Shown here piece by piece: positions 27,523 to 36,308 of a DNA stretch of 64,000 bases. Origin of the DNA: Nitrosopumilaceae archaeon. Its GTDB lineage: Archaea; Thermoproteota; Nitrososphaeria; Nitrososphaerales; Nitrosopumilaceae. Numbering within the stretch: the stretch's first letter is position 1; each line of letters begins with the position of its first letter. Made by a program: the position numbers and the translations under genes. The notes beneath the pieces were generated by a model. That model searched no databases. It was not told where the DNA came from and was given only the letters and a program-made list of their open reading frames with translations. The DNA lies in the NCBI GenBank assembly GCA_965203465.1, contig CBDBCR010000001.1:64001-128000 (forward strand), in the 5' to 3' direction.

Positions 27523-27618
27523 CTGTTCTGCCAGTCGTGGGAGATTTCGCCCCGTGCCTGCCTGACGTGTGACTGGAGAGGCGAAATTTAACGCCCGCCA
27601 GAATGGTTCAAGGTCGGC
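27523..27618. repeat. Dispersed palindromic element, copy A
   Basis: About 55/67 nt identical to 42717-42781 by manual alignment; internal ATTTCGCC...GGCGAAAT inverted repeat. Confidence 0.8.
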
Positions 27619-27802
27619 GGACAGATTACACGGCGTCCTCTCCAGACTGCAAGGCGCGGCAACCTGAATTTTCTCAAACGGCATACCTGCCCATAGCAAG
27701 CGTCATTTACCGCTAAACCTAATGTCGGCCGAACCAAAGGTCCGTCTGGCTAGGGGCTCGCGCCATGGTAAATCGTGCCGATGGCCCATCTGCCGTTCCT
27801 AT

Positions 27803-28345
27803 TCAGCAAAAGTTCTGCGTGGCGTAAAGCCACCCGCCGTCCGACACGCGCACGCCGACGCCGATCTCCTTGTAGTCGTGGTTCAGGATGTTGGCCCGGT
27901 GGCCGGGGCTCTTCATCCAGGACGTCACGCACTGTTTCGCAGAATCGTACTCTGACATCCCGCCGACGTGGCACTTTACGATGTTTTCCCCCAGGCCGGC
28001 CGTGCAGGTGTAGGCCTGCTCGAAGCCCAGTATGCGCGCCAGCAGGCCCGGCTTGTCGCCGTAAAAGTGCCTCCTTGAAGAATCGAACCCGATCCTGTCG
28101 CCGCGATCCGTGGGATCCTCCCCGTCCGGGTTGGTGTGGCCGTAAAAGCCGCGCTTGGCCATGTCCAAGCTGTGGCCCCTCGCGACGTAGTCGAGTTTGG
28201 GTACCCGCCGGATCTTCATCTTCGGATCCCGCCTCAGCCTGTTGCGCAGGGTCATCGAGAAGATGAGCCCTTCCACCCTGTCTGTGTAGTTGCGGCCCGG
28301 GCCGCCGCGCGCGCGCCGCACGACCGCGCCCGCCCCGGCAGCCAT
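27803..28345 (-). CDS. CAP/SCP domain protein without an obvious signal peptide
   Basis: VARGHSLDMAKRGFYGHTNPDG, GENI, WMKSPGHRANIL, IGVGV, ATQNFC. Confidence 0.9.
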   Translation of the reverse strand: MAAGAGAVVRRARGGPGRNYTDRVEGLIFSMTLRNRLRRDPKMKIRRVPKLDYVARGHSLDMAKRGFYGHTNPDGEDPTDRGDRIGFDSSRRHFYGDKPGLLARILGFEQAYTCTAGLGENIVKCHVGGMSEYDSAKQCVTSWMKSPGHRANILNHDYKEIGVGVRVSDGGWLYATQNFC

Positions 28346-28364
28346 ATCAACATTCCAGCTTGCC

Positions 28365-28913
28365 CTACACGTCAGACGGGCGCCTGATCATGGCCAGTAT
28401 GCCCTCCTTTTCGTCGCGCTTTTCGTAGACGCCGCGGAACGCAGACGACATCATGCGCGCCTCGTTGCGCACGCCGCGCATCTTCATGCACAGGTGCTCG
28501 GCCTCGGCGACCACGACCACGCCCTTCACCCCCTGCGCGTACAGCTCGTCGGCTATGCTCTTGGTGAGCCGCTCCTGTATCTGCAGGCGGCGCGAGTACT
28601 TTTCGACCAGGCGCACCAGCTTGGATATGCCGAAGACGCGGTGGTTGGGCGAGTAGGCGATGTGTATCTTGCCGAAGAACGGGAGCATGTGGTGCTCGCA
28701 CATGGAATAGAACCGTATGTCGCGGGCCACCACCGTGTCGGCGTCCTCGGAAAACTGCACGGACAGCTCCGAATCCGATTCGTAGCCCCCGAATATCTCG
28801 CGGTACATCTGCGCCATGCGCGCCGGCGTCTGGCGCAGCCCCTCGCGCGTGGGATCCTCGCCCAGCTCTATGAGCAGCTCGCGTATGAGGCGCTCTATGC
28901 GCTTGTCGTCCAC
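28365..28913 (-). CDS. folE: GTP cyclohydrolase I
   Basis: REGLRQTPAR, SMCEHHMLPFFG, RLQIQERLT, HLCMKMRG. Confidence 0.96.
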   Translation of the reverse strand: MDDKRIERLIRELLIELGEDPTREGLRQTPARMAQMYREIFGGYESDSELSVQFSEDADTVVARDIRFYSMCEHHMLPFFGKIHIAYSPNHRVFGISKLVRLVEKYSRRLQIQERLTKSIADELYAQGVKGVVVVAEAEHLCMKMRGVRNEARMMSSAFRGVYEKRDEKEGILAMIRRPSDV

Positions 28914-28951
28914 GCGCCGTTTGAGCGCCCGCGGTATTTGAAGCTACGCGG

Positions 28952-29674
28952 TCAGGGCGCCCCTAGTGCCTTGTGCAGCTGCGGTATGACGCGCACGCCG
29001 GGGCAGCGCGGCGCTACAAGATCGTAGAATTCCATGAGCAGCTCTAGGGGCGGGGCCGCCTCCCCGTGAACCGGCTGTATTGCAAAGCCGGGCACCCGGC
29101 CCGCCTCGAATATCCGGTCGGCGAGGGCGGCAAACTCGGACCGCGCGGTGCGCGAGCTGACCACCACCTTGACGTACGCCTGCCTGCCCGCCTCGAGCGC
29201 CAGCCGCAGGCACTTGGCCGCCTCCGAGACGTACCCGCCGTGCTTTTGCGACCCTACGAACTCAGAGTCGGCGGTCTTGAACTCGACCTTGACCAAGTCG
29301 ATGTGGGGCAGCACAAAGGCGAACCTGCCCGAATCGTAGCACGACGATTCCAAGTATGTCCGCACGCCGCGCGAGCGCACGTGTTCTGCCAAGGCGGCGA
29401 CGGCCTCGTGCTGCACGAGCGGCTCGCCGCCGGTAAAGTTGACCTTGAAGGTGTTTTTTTCCAGGCGCGCGTCTATCAGCCCGCGCGCCTCGTCCATGCT
29501 ATACTCTGTGCCGGAGCCGGGCGGCAGGGCCTGCTCGGTGTCGCACCAAAAGCACTTGAACGGGCAGCCGGCCATCCGCACAAAGAGCGTCTTTGTGCCG
29601 CAAAAGATCCCCTCGCCCTCTATCGAGGTAAAGACCTCGAATATGCGGGCCTTGGGGCCGCCCTCAGGCGCCAT
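28952..29674 (-). CDS. queE: 7-carboxy-7-deazaguanine synthase (radical SAM)
   Basis: EVFTSIEGEG, GCPFKCFWCDT, TGGEPL, PQLHK. Confidence 0.93.
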   Translation of the reverse strand: MAPEGGPKARIFEVFTSIEGEGIFCGTKTLFVRMAGCPFKCFWCDTEQALPPGSGTEYSMDEARGLIDARLEKNTFKVNFTGGEPLVQHEAVAALAEHVRSRGVRTYLESSCYDSGRFAFVLPHIDLVKVEFKTADSEFVGSQKHGGYVSEAAKCLRLALEAGRQAYVKVVVSSRTARSEFAALADRIFEAGRVPGFAIQPVHGEAAPPLELLMEFYDLVAPRCPGVRVIPQLHKALGAP

Positions 29675-30998
29675 GGCCCGCAGCCGCCAGTTTTCGCAGG
29701 TTTTGCGCCGAGCCGATGTCGCGCCGGTACTCTAGGTCGCCGTCAAAGTGCTTTTCTATGGCAGAGTCGACCGCCTCGGAGGCGCCCTCGACGGTCTCCG
29801 AGACGGCGCACAGCGCGGCGACCCTCGATTTTTTCAGCGTCTCGTACTTTTTGCCAGACCTGACGCACGATGCGAAAAACACCCGCACGCCGTCGGCCTC
29901 GGCGGCGCCGGCGTCGAGCCCGAAGACGGTCGGCGCCGGGCTCGGATCGGGGTACTCGCGCGCCACCAGGTATTTGGAGACGCTGGCCTTGCGCGCAAAG
30001 CGCGCCGAGCCGGCCGACAGCGAGCCTTCGTGCATGCGCGAGACCACGTCGGCGAGCGGCGTCTCGAGCAGGCTGAGCACGTTGAGCCCCTCCGGATCCC
30101 CGAACCGCGCGTTGAACTCCATGAAGCGGATGCCGCGCGCGGTCTTGAAAAAGCCGCCGTTGAGCACGCCGGTGAACGGCGCGCCCCCGCCGCGCAGCCG
30201 GTCTATGATCTTTTGCATGATGCGCGCGCAGTCTGCCAGATCACGCTCCTCCAGGAAAGGCAGGCGCGCGTCTGCGTCCGTAAAGCAGCCCATGCCGCCG
30301 GTCCCGGCGCCCGCGTCCCCCTCGCAACGGAACGGATAGTCGTAGCTTGCAGGCGAGACCTGCAGGTGCCGCCCGTCGGTCAGGCCCATCAGGGTGAACT
30401 CGGGGCCGTCCAGCCGCTCCACCAAGACCGCCTTTTCGGCGCGCTCGGCGATTATGCGCCCGGCGTACTCGGAGCAGTCCGCGTACGCGGGCAGGTGCTC
30501 GGGCATGACCTTGACCCCCTTGCCGCCGGTCAGGCCCTGCGGCTTTACCACCACCTGCAGTCGGCGCGACTCGAACTCGGCCATGGCCTCTGCCAGCTCG
30601 CGCCGGTCCGAGACGGTCCTGTAGAACGGCGTGAATTCGGGGCACTCGTCGCGCATCATCTCCATCGCGTACGCCTTGTCCCACTCTATGCGCGACGCGG
30701 CGCGGGTGGCCCCGACCGCCCGGACGCCCGCCTCTGCCAGCGCGTCTACGACGCCGTTTGCCAGGGGCTGGTCGGCGTTGACGAACGCGGCCTCGACGCC
30801 CTCCCGCTTTGCGAATTCTGCGACGGTATCCGGATCGTCGGCGTCGCACACCGAATAGCTCCCCCCGGAGCGGTGCGCGCAGTCGGCTATCTGCGGATTT
30901 TCGTGCGCCATGACCGCGCAGAGCTGGTACGTCTCGGAGAGCAGCTCCGCGAACGCGGCCTCGCGCCCCCCGGCGCCGACTATGAGAAACTTTGACAC
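29664..30998 (-). CDS. purD: Phosphoribosylamine-glycine ligase
   Basis: VGAGGRE, GKGVKV, TGGMG, EFNARFGDPE, YRRDIG. Confidence 0.93.
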   Translation of the reverse strand: MSKFLIVGAGGREAAFAELLSETYQLCAVMAHENPQIADCAHRSGGSYSVCDADDPDTVAEFAKREGVEAAFVNADQPLANGVVDALAEAGVRAVGATRAASRIEWDKAYAMEMMRDECPEFTPFYRTVSDRRELAEAMAEFESRRLQVVVKPQGLTGGKGVKVMPEHLPAYADCSEYAGRIIAERAEKAVLVERLDGPEFTLMGLTDGRHLQVSPASYDYPFRCEGDAGAGTGGMGCFTDADARLPFLEERDLADCARIMQKIIDRLRGGGAPFTGVLNGGFFKTARGIRFMEFNARFGDPEGLNVLSLLETPLADVVSRMHEGSLSAGSARFARKASVSKYLVAREYPDPSPAPTVFGLDAGAAEADGVRVFFASCVRSGKKYETLKKSRVAALCAVSETVEGASEAVDSAIEKHFDGDLEYRRDIGSAQNLRKLAAAGHGA

Positions 30999-31026
30999 GG
31001 GCGCCGCCCTCCCAGCAAGTTATATG

Positions 31027-31230
31027 TCAACTGCCCTGCACTGTTACCTGCTCTTGCGTGTAAAAGAGCCCGGCGATGAAGAACAGCACCCCGAGTATGC
31101 CTATCAGGCTCCCGACGAACTCGACGGTCCCGGACAGGTCGGCGGCAGCCGGCGCCCACAAGAGGGCCATGAGCGCGCCGACCGCGATCATCGGTATCCC
31201 TACGCCGCACGAGATTGCCTTGGACGCCAC
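31027..31230 (-). CDS. Small 2-TM membrane protein
   Basis: Two hydrophobic helices; CATATA box upstream. Confidence 0.65.
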   Translation of the reverse strand: MASKAISCGVGIPMIAVGALMALLWAPAAADLSGTVEFVGSLIGILGVLFFIAGLFYTQEQVTVQGS

Positions 31231-31261
31231 GGCCGGGCGCGCCGCGGAGCGTATATGAGTT

Positions 31262-31954
31262 TTAGCTCATCAGCTCTGCAAGCTCGCGCAGCGACGCCTT
31301 GGCGTCGTCGGTGCGCCCCTCGGAGAGCGCGGCGCGCACGTCCGATATCAGCTCCGGGGCGCCGGGCACGCCGCCGGCCTCGGGCTCGAAGAGCGCAAGC
31401 TGCTCCTCGATGAACGCGCGCACGCGCGCCTCGTCGGCGGAGGCCGAGCGCTCGCGGATCTCGGCCGAGACGGCCTCGACGAGCGGCCCTAGCGAGTCGA
31501 GCGTGTGCGTGGGGTCTCCGGGCGCGCCGCCCGAGGCCTGGTCGCCGGCAAGCTCCATGAAGGCGTCTATCTGCGAAAAGTCCACGCCCATCTGCCCGTC
31601 CTCCGAGATCCCGCGCAGCCGCTCCACGTACAAAGAGAGTCTCTCCAGCTCGCTGCGCGCGTCGCGGTCCGGCTCCCCGTCGCCGTCGAGCAGCCTGCAC
31701 GCCTGCCCAAAGCTGCCCATCGCCTCCAGAAAGTGCGCCCGGGCCAGCTCCGCGTCGGCCTCTGCGCGCAGCAGCTCGACGGACGCGCGGCCGCGCTCGT
31801 ACAGGGCGTCGATCTCGGGCGAGGCCTGCGCGCCCTCGAGCTGGTACATCGTCTGCTCGTCGGCCCGCTCGGCTATGCGCAGCAGCATGTCCGTCTCCTG
31901 GGCGAGCGCGCCTGCCGGCAGCACCAGCAGCGGCAGCAAGAGCAGCAGCTTCAT
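31262..31954 (-). CDS. Secreted all-helical hypothetical protein
   Basis: MKLLLLLPLLVLPAGALA signal peptide; start overlaps the upstream stop (ATGA). Confidence 0.75.
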   Translation of the reverse strand: MKLLLLLPLLVLPAGALAQETDMLLRIAERADEQTMYQLEGAQASPEIDALYERGRASVELLRAEADAELARAHFLEAMGSFGQACRLLDGDGEPDRDARSELERLSLYVERLRGISEDGQMGVDFSQIDAFMELAGDQASGGAPGDPTHTLDSLGPLVEAVSAEIRERSASADEARVRAFIEEQLALFEPEAGGVPGAPELISDVRAALSEGRTDDAKASLRELAELMS

Positions 31955-32763
31955 GCCCCGCCCCCGCGCAGCCTGACCAGGTTCTGCGAATCCCGCTTTT
32001 CGACCGTGACCAGCCCCTGCCTCTCCAGCCGCTTGACGGTGCGCCACATCGTGGTGCGCGGCAGCAGGAACTTTTTGCGCAGGTCGCTCTCCAGCGCCTG
32101 CCCCCCGTTCTCGGTTATGAAGAGCATCAGGGCCCGGTCGTCCTCGCGCATCTGCACCATGTTGTACCCGGAGCGCCTGTAGCGCAGCACGGCAAACGCC
32201 GCCGCGGCGGCCGCTGCTGCCGCGCCGATCGCATAGTAGGGCACTGGGTCTGGCGGCGGCGCGGCCGGCGCCACGATGTACGAGACCTCGACGGGCCCCC
32301 CGGGCAGCGATATCTGCGTGCGGCCGCCCGAGACCTCAAAGCCCTCCGGGAGGCCGGTCATGCCCACTATCGCGGCGCCCTCGGGCAGCTCCAGCTGGAG
32401 CCCGGCGGGGGCCTCGGCCGAGAACGTCCACACGCGCCCCTCCTTGGAGACCAAGTCGTGCGCATCGTACTCTACGTCTACGGACGGCGAGCCGAACGCG
32501 TCTATGCGGGCGGAGCCGCCCGAGACCTCCGATTCGAGCAAAAAGCCGCCGGCGCCGACGGCCACGAAGTTGTCTATCTGGCTTGCCATCAGGTCCAGCT
32601 CCAGCGGCCCGGCGGCTAGCGGGTCGGAGTCGGCCGAGGCCGAGACGTGGGCGGTCCCGTCCGGGAACACCGTGACGCTGGCCGCGCGCAGGGCCCCCGC
32701 GGCCGAGGGGGCCAGCACCGAGGCCGCCACGGCCACCGCCAGCACCATAGACGCCCTGCCCAT
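31951..32763 (-). CDS. Membrane-anchored transcription-factor-like protein (extracellular beta domain, TM, C-terminal wHTH)
   Basis: Signal peptide, TM (YYAIGAAAAAAAAAFAVL), then ESDLRKKFLLPRTTMWRTVKRLERQGLV HTH. Confidence 0.8.
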   Translation of the reverse strand: MGRASMVLAVAVAASVLAPSAAGALRAASVTVFPDGTAHVSASADSDPLAAGPLELDLMASQIDNFVAVGAGGFLLESEVSGGSARIDAFGSPSVDVEYDAHDLVSKEGRVWTFSAEAPAGLQLELPEGAAIVGMTGLPEGFEVSGGRTQISLPGGPVEVSYIVAPAAPPPDPVPYYAIGAAAAAAAAAFAVLRYRRSGYNMVQMREDDRALMLFITENGGQALESDLRKKFLLPRTTMWRTVKRLERQGLVTVEKRDSQNLVRLRGGGA

Positions 32764-32807
32764 CCGGGCGCAGGTGCTGGCAGTCCGTACAAAAAGCATT
32801 CCGTCCG

Positions 32808-33089
32808 TCAAAGCCCGAACCCCTCCATCACGCCCTGGAAGGCCCTCAGGTGCCCGAAGAACTCTATACCGTTGGAGGTGAGGGAGAAGACCCGGTTGCG
32901 CCCGGCCCTGTGCGATTCCACCAGGCCGGCGGAGGCCAGCCTCTCGCACTTTTGGACAGTCGCGCTGTGGGGCAGGTTGGCCTTGCGCGATATCACCGAG
33001 ACTATGACGCCGTCCCTGCCCCCCTCGGAGGCCGCGCTCAGGATGTCGCCCATGATGGCCACGTCCGACCGGTACTTCACGGGTACCAT
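32808..33089 (-). CDS. Winged-helix DNA-binding protein
   Basis: YRSDVAIMGDIL, ISRKANL, LASAGLV, FSLTSNG. Confidence 0.85.
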   Translation of the reverse strand: MVPVKYRSDVAIMGDILSAASEGGRDGVIVSVISRKANLPHSATVQKCERLASAGLVESHRAGRNRVFSLTSNGIEFFGHLRAFQGVMEGFGL

Positions 33090-33203
33090 ATGGGGGCGGG
33101 GGGTTATCAGGTGCGCGCTGAAACGCCTGGAACGGCCCGGTCAGGCGCGGATGCGCGCGGCAGAGCGGCCCCCGGCGCCCCGCTTGGAACGGCTGGAACG
33201 GCC

Positions 33204-33806
33204 CTAGCGCAGCTTTACGGTCAGTTCCTGCCCGTTGCCGACCGGGACCGTGGCCGTGCGGGCCCCGGGCATGGCCCGGATGCGCCCGGCGTACGCCTCC
33301 ATGAGGGGGCGGTACTTTTCGGGGTACAGCATGTTGTCGGTGCCCACCAGGCCGCCCGGCTCGAGCATCCCGAAGGCCAGGTCGAAATAGGCCGGCGCGT
33401 TCTCCTTGTCCGCGTCGATGAACGCAAAGTCGAACGAGCGCCCCTGCCCGGCCAGGTCCTTGAGCACGTCGAGCGCCTCGCCGCGCATCACCGTCACCCT
33501 GTCCGAGACGCCCGCCTCGGCCAGGTTCTTCTCGGCCCTCTCGGCCTTTGCGGCGTCGCGCTCGACTGTCACGACGCGGCCCCCGGCCGCCGAGGCGGCG
33601 AACCAGATGGTCGAATACCCCGCGGAGGTGCCCACCTCTAGCACGCGCGAGGCGCCGGCAGCCTCCAACAAAACGCTGTAGAACCTGCCCGTATCGGAGG
33701 TTATGGCCAGCATCCTCTCTGCCCGCGGCACGTCCGCCTCGCCGGCGCGCTCCAAGTCGGCCTGCCGGCCCAGACTCTCTAGCACTTTTCGGGCGCGCGC
33801 GTCCAA
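33204..33806 (-). CDS. SAM-dependent O-methyltransferase (Methyltransf_3)
   Basis: VLEVGTSAGYST, FDFAFIDADK, GGLVGTDN, VPVGNG. Confidence 0.92.
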   Translation of the reverse strand: MDARARKVLESLGRQADLERAGEADVPRAERMLAITSDTGRFYSVLLEAAGASRVLEVGTSAGYSTIWFAASAAGGRVVTVERDAAKAERAEKNLAEAGVSDRVTVMRGEALDVLKDLAGQGRSFDFAFIDADKENAPAYFDLAFGMLEPGGLVGTDNMLYPEKYRPLMEAYAGRIRAMPGARTATVPVGNGQELTVKLR

Positions 33807-33873
33807 CGGCCCGGCGCCGTGGCGGGCCCATATGTTTCATTGAGGTTATATTCGGAGGCGCGGGGCCGCGCGC

Positions 33874-34236
33874 GTGGTCGATACGTACATGCTAGTCGAG
33901 GACCTGATGGAGATCTCGGAGGACCTGCGCTTCGTGGGCATCGTGGATCTGGAGGGCCACTTTTTGGACGGGATGGTCAACGACAGGACTACCGACGCCC
34001 TGCAGGAGGCCCAGATGAGCCTGTGCGAAAAGCTGGGAGAGCACCGCCGCGCGCAGGAGGAGCTGGACGGCAGCCTGGGCCGCCTGAGGTACGAGCACGT
34101 GGAGCGCGAATCGGTGACCGAGATCTCGCTGTACATGGGCCGGCACACGGTCCACCTAGCCTTGGAGCCCGAGGCGCCCGCGGAGGACAAGATGGCCCTG
34201 ATACGCAAGGTTGAAAAGGCAGCCTCGGAGCTGTGA
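33874..34236 (+). CDS. Roadblock/profilin-like small protein (thaumarchaeal type)
   Basis: LRFVGIVDLEG, LDGSLGRLRY pattern. Confidence 0.65.
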   Translation: MVDTYMLVEDLMEISEDLRFVGIVDLEGHFLDGMVNDRTTDALQEAQMSLCEKLGEHRRAQEELDGSLGRLRYEHVERESVTEISLYMGRHTVHLALEPEAPAEDKMALIRKVEKAASEL

Positions 34237-34239
34237 GGC

Positions 34240-34533
34240 ATGGGCCTGCGCATTCTGGTGGACGAAAACGACGACGGGATGGCCGGCTGGCTGCGCTCCA
34301 AGGGATACGATGTGGAGAGCGTGCGCGAGCTCAAAAAGGAGGACGAGCTCATGGGCCACGACTACAACGTGATAAAGCGCGCCCACGAAAAGGACATGAT
34401 CCTGATAACGCGCGACGCCGCGGTGATCTCGGCCTGCCGCGCCAACGGCATAAAGTGCATCTCGGTGGAAGAGGATGTCATCCGCAGGTACGTGCTAGAC
34501 GAGATAGTCAAGCTCAAAGGGGGCGCCCAATAA
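34240..34533 (+). CDS. PIN-like (DUF5615/Mut7-C N-terminal) protein
   Basis: ILVDEN, WLRSKGYDV, D..VI..A, ILITRD. Confidence 0.8.
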   Translation: MGLRILVDENDDGMAGWLRSKGYDVESVRELKKEDELMGHDYNVIKRAHEKDMILITRDAAVISACRANGIKCISVEEDVIRRYVLDEIVKLKGGAQ

Positions 34534-34567
34534 TGCTTTTAACTGCGGGGCAGGCGGCGAAAGGCAG

Positions 34568-35029
34568 ATGTTCGGCAAGCTCAAGCGCAGGAGCGGCGGA
34601 GTGATGGCAGAGCGCGAGATGGAGCCCCGGGAGGCGCCGGCCGCCGGGCAGTCCGGCAGCGAGGTGGGCATAGCCGGCCTGATGAACAAGCGCGCCCAGC
34701 TGGTCACGGCCATAGACGGCGTCGGCCTGATGATAAAGCAGATGAAGGAAAAGAGGACCGGCCTGGAAAAAGAGATCGAGGAAGAATCGGTCGAGATAAA
34801 GAACCTCAAAGAGACGCTCGTGAAAGTAAAAGAGTACATCGAAGAAGAGGGGCGCGGCCTCGCCGAGCTGGCAAGGAAAAGGTCGGGCGTGGAGCAGGAG
34901 GCAGACGAGGTCGCGCAGCTGATATCGGAGATGCGCGAGAGGCTGGCGGGCCTCGACGGAATAATCGAGACCGAAGGGCGCAGCATCATGCAGGTAAAGC
35001 AGTCGAGAGAAGCGGCAACCGGCGCCTAG
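34568..35029 (+). CDS. Coiled-coil hypothetical protein
   Basis: Continuous heptad E/K-rich helix. Confidence 0.75.
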   Translation: MFGKLKRRSGGVMAEREMEPREAPAAGQSGSEVGIAGLMNKRAQLVTAIDGVGLMIKQMKEKRTGLEKEIEEESVEIKNLKETLVKVKEYIEEEGRGLAELARKRSGVEQEADEVAQLISEMRERLAGLDGIIETEGRSIMQVKQSREAATGA

Positions 35030-35670
35030 ACGAACTTTGTCTCGGCCGACGCAGAGTCGGGCATGGACGGAAACTTTGCGTCGACGGCGCTCTCTGCAAC
35101 TGCGGCTGCCTCTTTGAGTATCCGGTCTGCCTCCTCGCTTGCCGGCGCGTCGGCGGCGAACGCGGAATCTCCCGAGAACGAGTCCACCATGAACCCGCCG
35201 AGCATCTCGCCCATGCCTGCAATCTCGCGGTCGGCCTCGGGCATGAACTTTGAGAGCGAGGATTTCATGTTCTTCATCAGGCCGATGGTCGGCATTATGG
35301 TCACCACCGTGTCCCCCAGGTCGTTGTACGTGGCCAGGCGCAGCTCTATCTTTTCGAGCGACATTTTCGCGTTGCCCAGCACCTTGGAGACCTTGCGCAC
35401 CTCGGCCAGCTCGCCGGAGAGCACCCTGCTTGCGTGCGCGTCGTGCTGCTGCGTGGCCTCGACGAGCCTCTCGAATATCTTGGCGTCGCGCTCGCGCAGC
35501 TTGGCCAGCATGCCGTCCAGCTTGGCGGTCTGCTGCTCTATCCTCTGTATGGCAGCCTTGACCCGCGGCTTGAGCGGGCCCTTGGGCTTGAACGCCTCGC
35601 CCAGCCGGGCCCCCACGGGGGTCGGGGGCGGCCTGTTCCAGTCCTTGGCTATGTTGGCCACGGCGTACAT
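35026..35670 (-). CDS. cdvB: Second ESCRT-III/Snf7 CdvB paralogue
   Basis: Clear paralogy to 6667-7314 (KLRERDA, ELAEVRKVSK, KFMPEAD, KFPS); start may be GTG 35661. Confidence 0.88.
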   Translation of the reverse strand: MYAVANIAKDWNRPPPTPVGARLGEAFKPKGPLKPRVKAAIQRIEQQTAKLDGMLAKLRERDAKIFERLVEATQQHDAHASRVLSGELAEVRKVSKVLGNAKMSLEKIELRLATYNDLGDTVVTIMPTIGLMKNMKSSLSKFMPEADREIAGMGEMLGGFMVDSFSGDSAFAADAPASEEADRILKEAAAVAESAVDAKFPSMPDSASAETKFV

Positions 35671-35763
35671 CGCGCGTTCCGTACTTAATCGGCGGGGTCA
35701 AACAGAGCTAACCGCGTGTCAAATTTCGCAGACCTTATTAGCGGCCCCCCGCCGGGTATCGCC

Positions 35764-36201
35764 GTGAAGCGCGTACTGCTGGCAGCCGCCGCGGTGGCGG
35801 CGGTGGCGGTCGCCGCGCTGGCCCTGGCGCCGGGCCCCGAGCGCGACCCCGACTGGAGGCCGTTCCACGCCACCCTGGCCGATCCGGACCTGTACGAGGG
35901 CGGCGTGTACCAGAGGACCTTCGAGCTCAACCCGGGCAGCTACGAGCTGCGGTTCGTGCCCAACGGGGACAGCCCCCGGGTGCTGACCGTGTCCATGAGC
36001 GGGCAGACCGTCTCGTTCGAGCGCGACTTTGAGCTGCGCGGCACGCTCCACCAGACGGGCATATCCGAGTACTACACGTGGGAATACCTGGGCGAAAAGT
36101 CGGTGGTCGCAGAGGAGGCCCAGCAGATCCGGGTGACCGTGGACCCGCACGGCAACCTGCTAGGGCCCGTCTCGGTAAGCCTGTTGAAAGAAGAGGCGTG
36201 A
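35764..36201 (+). CDS. Membrane-anchored/secreted hypothetical protein
   Basis: GTG start, N-terminal hydrophobic helix, beta-rich body (RFVPNGDSP, YYTWEYLG). Confidence 0.75.
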   Translation: MKRVLLAAAAVAAVAVAALALAPGPERDPDWRPFHATLADPDLYEGGVYQRTFELNPGSYELRFVPNGDSPRVLTVSMSGQTVSFERDFELRGTLHQTGISEYYTWEYLGEKSVVAEEAQQIRVTVDPHGNLLGPVSVSLLKEEA

Positions 36202-36308
36202 TCTCGATACAGAACGTGAGAGATTTCCTCTCGGGCAGGCCGTACGCCTGCACTAGCCCCTGTTCTGCGAGACCACGCACCCTTTAGTCGATAGTTTGTG
36301 CTATCGGC
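36186..36308 (-). ncRNA. Candidate structured small RNA (about 120 nt, three-way junction)
   Basis: TTAAATA box with no protein gene to serve, in a convergent gap; helices of 11, 6, 6 and 5 bp; a G.U pair favours the minus strand; pyrimidine-rich 3' end. Confidence 0.55.

Noticed and set aside
24430-29674. queC/folE/queE around an R-M islet as a DNA 7-deazaguanine (Dpd) modification system
   Set aside because: No dpdA/tgt-like gene is present; these genes are standard for archaeosine synthesis and have backbone composition
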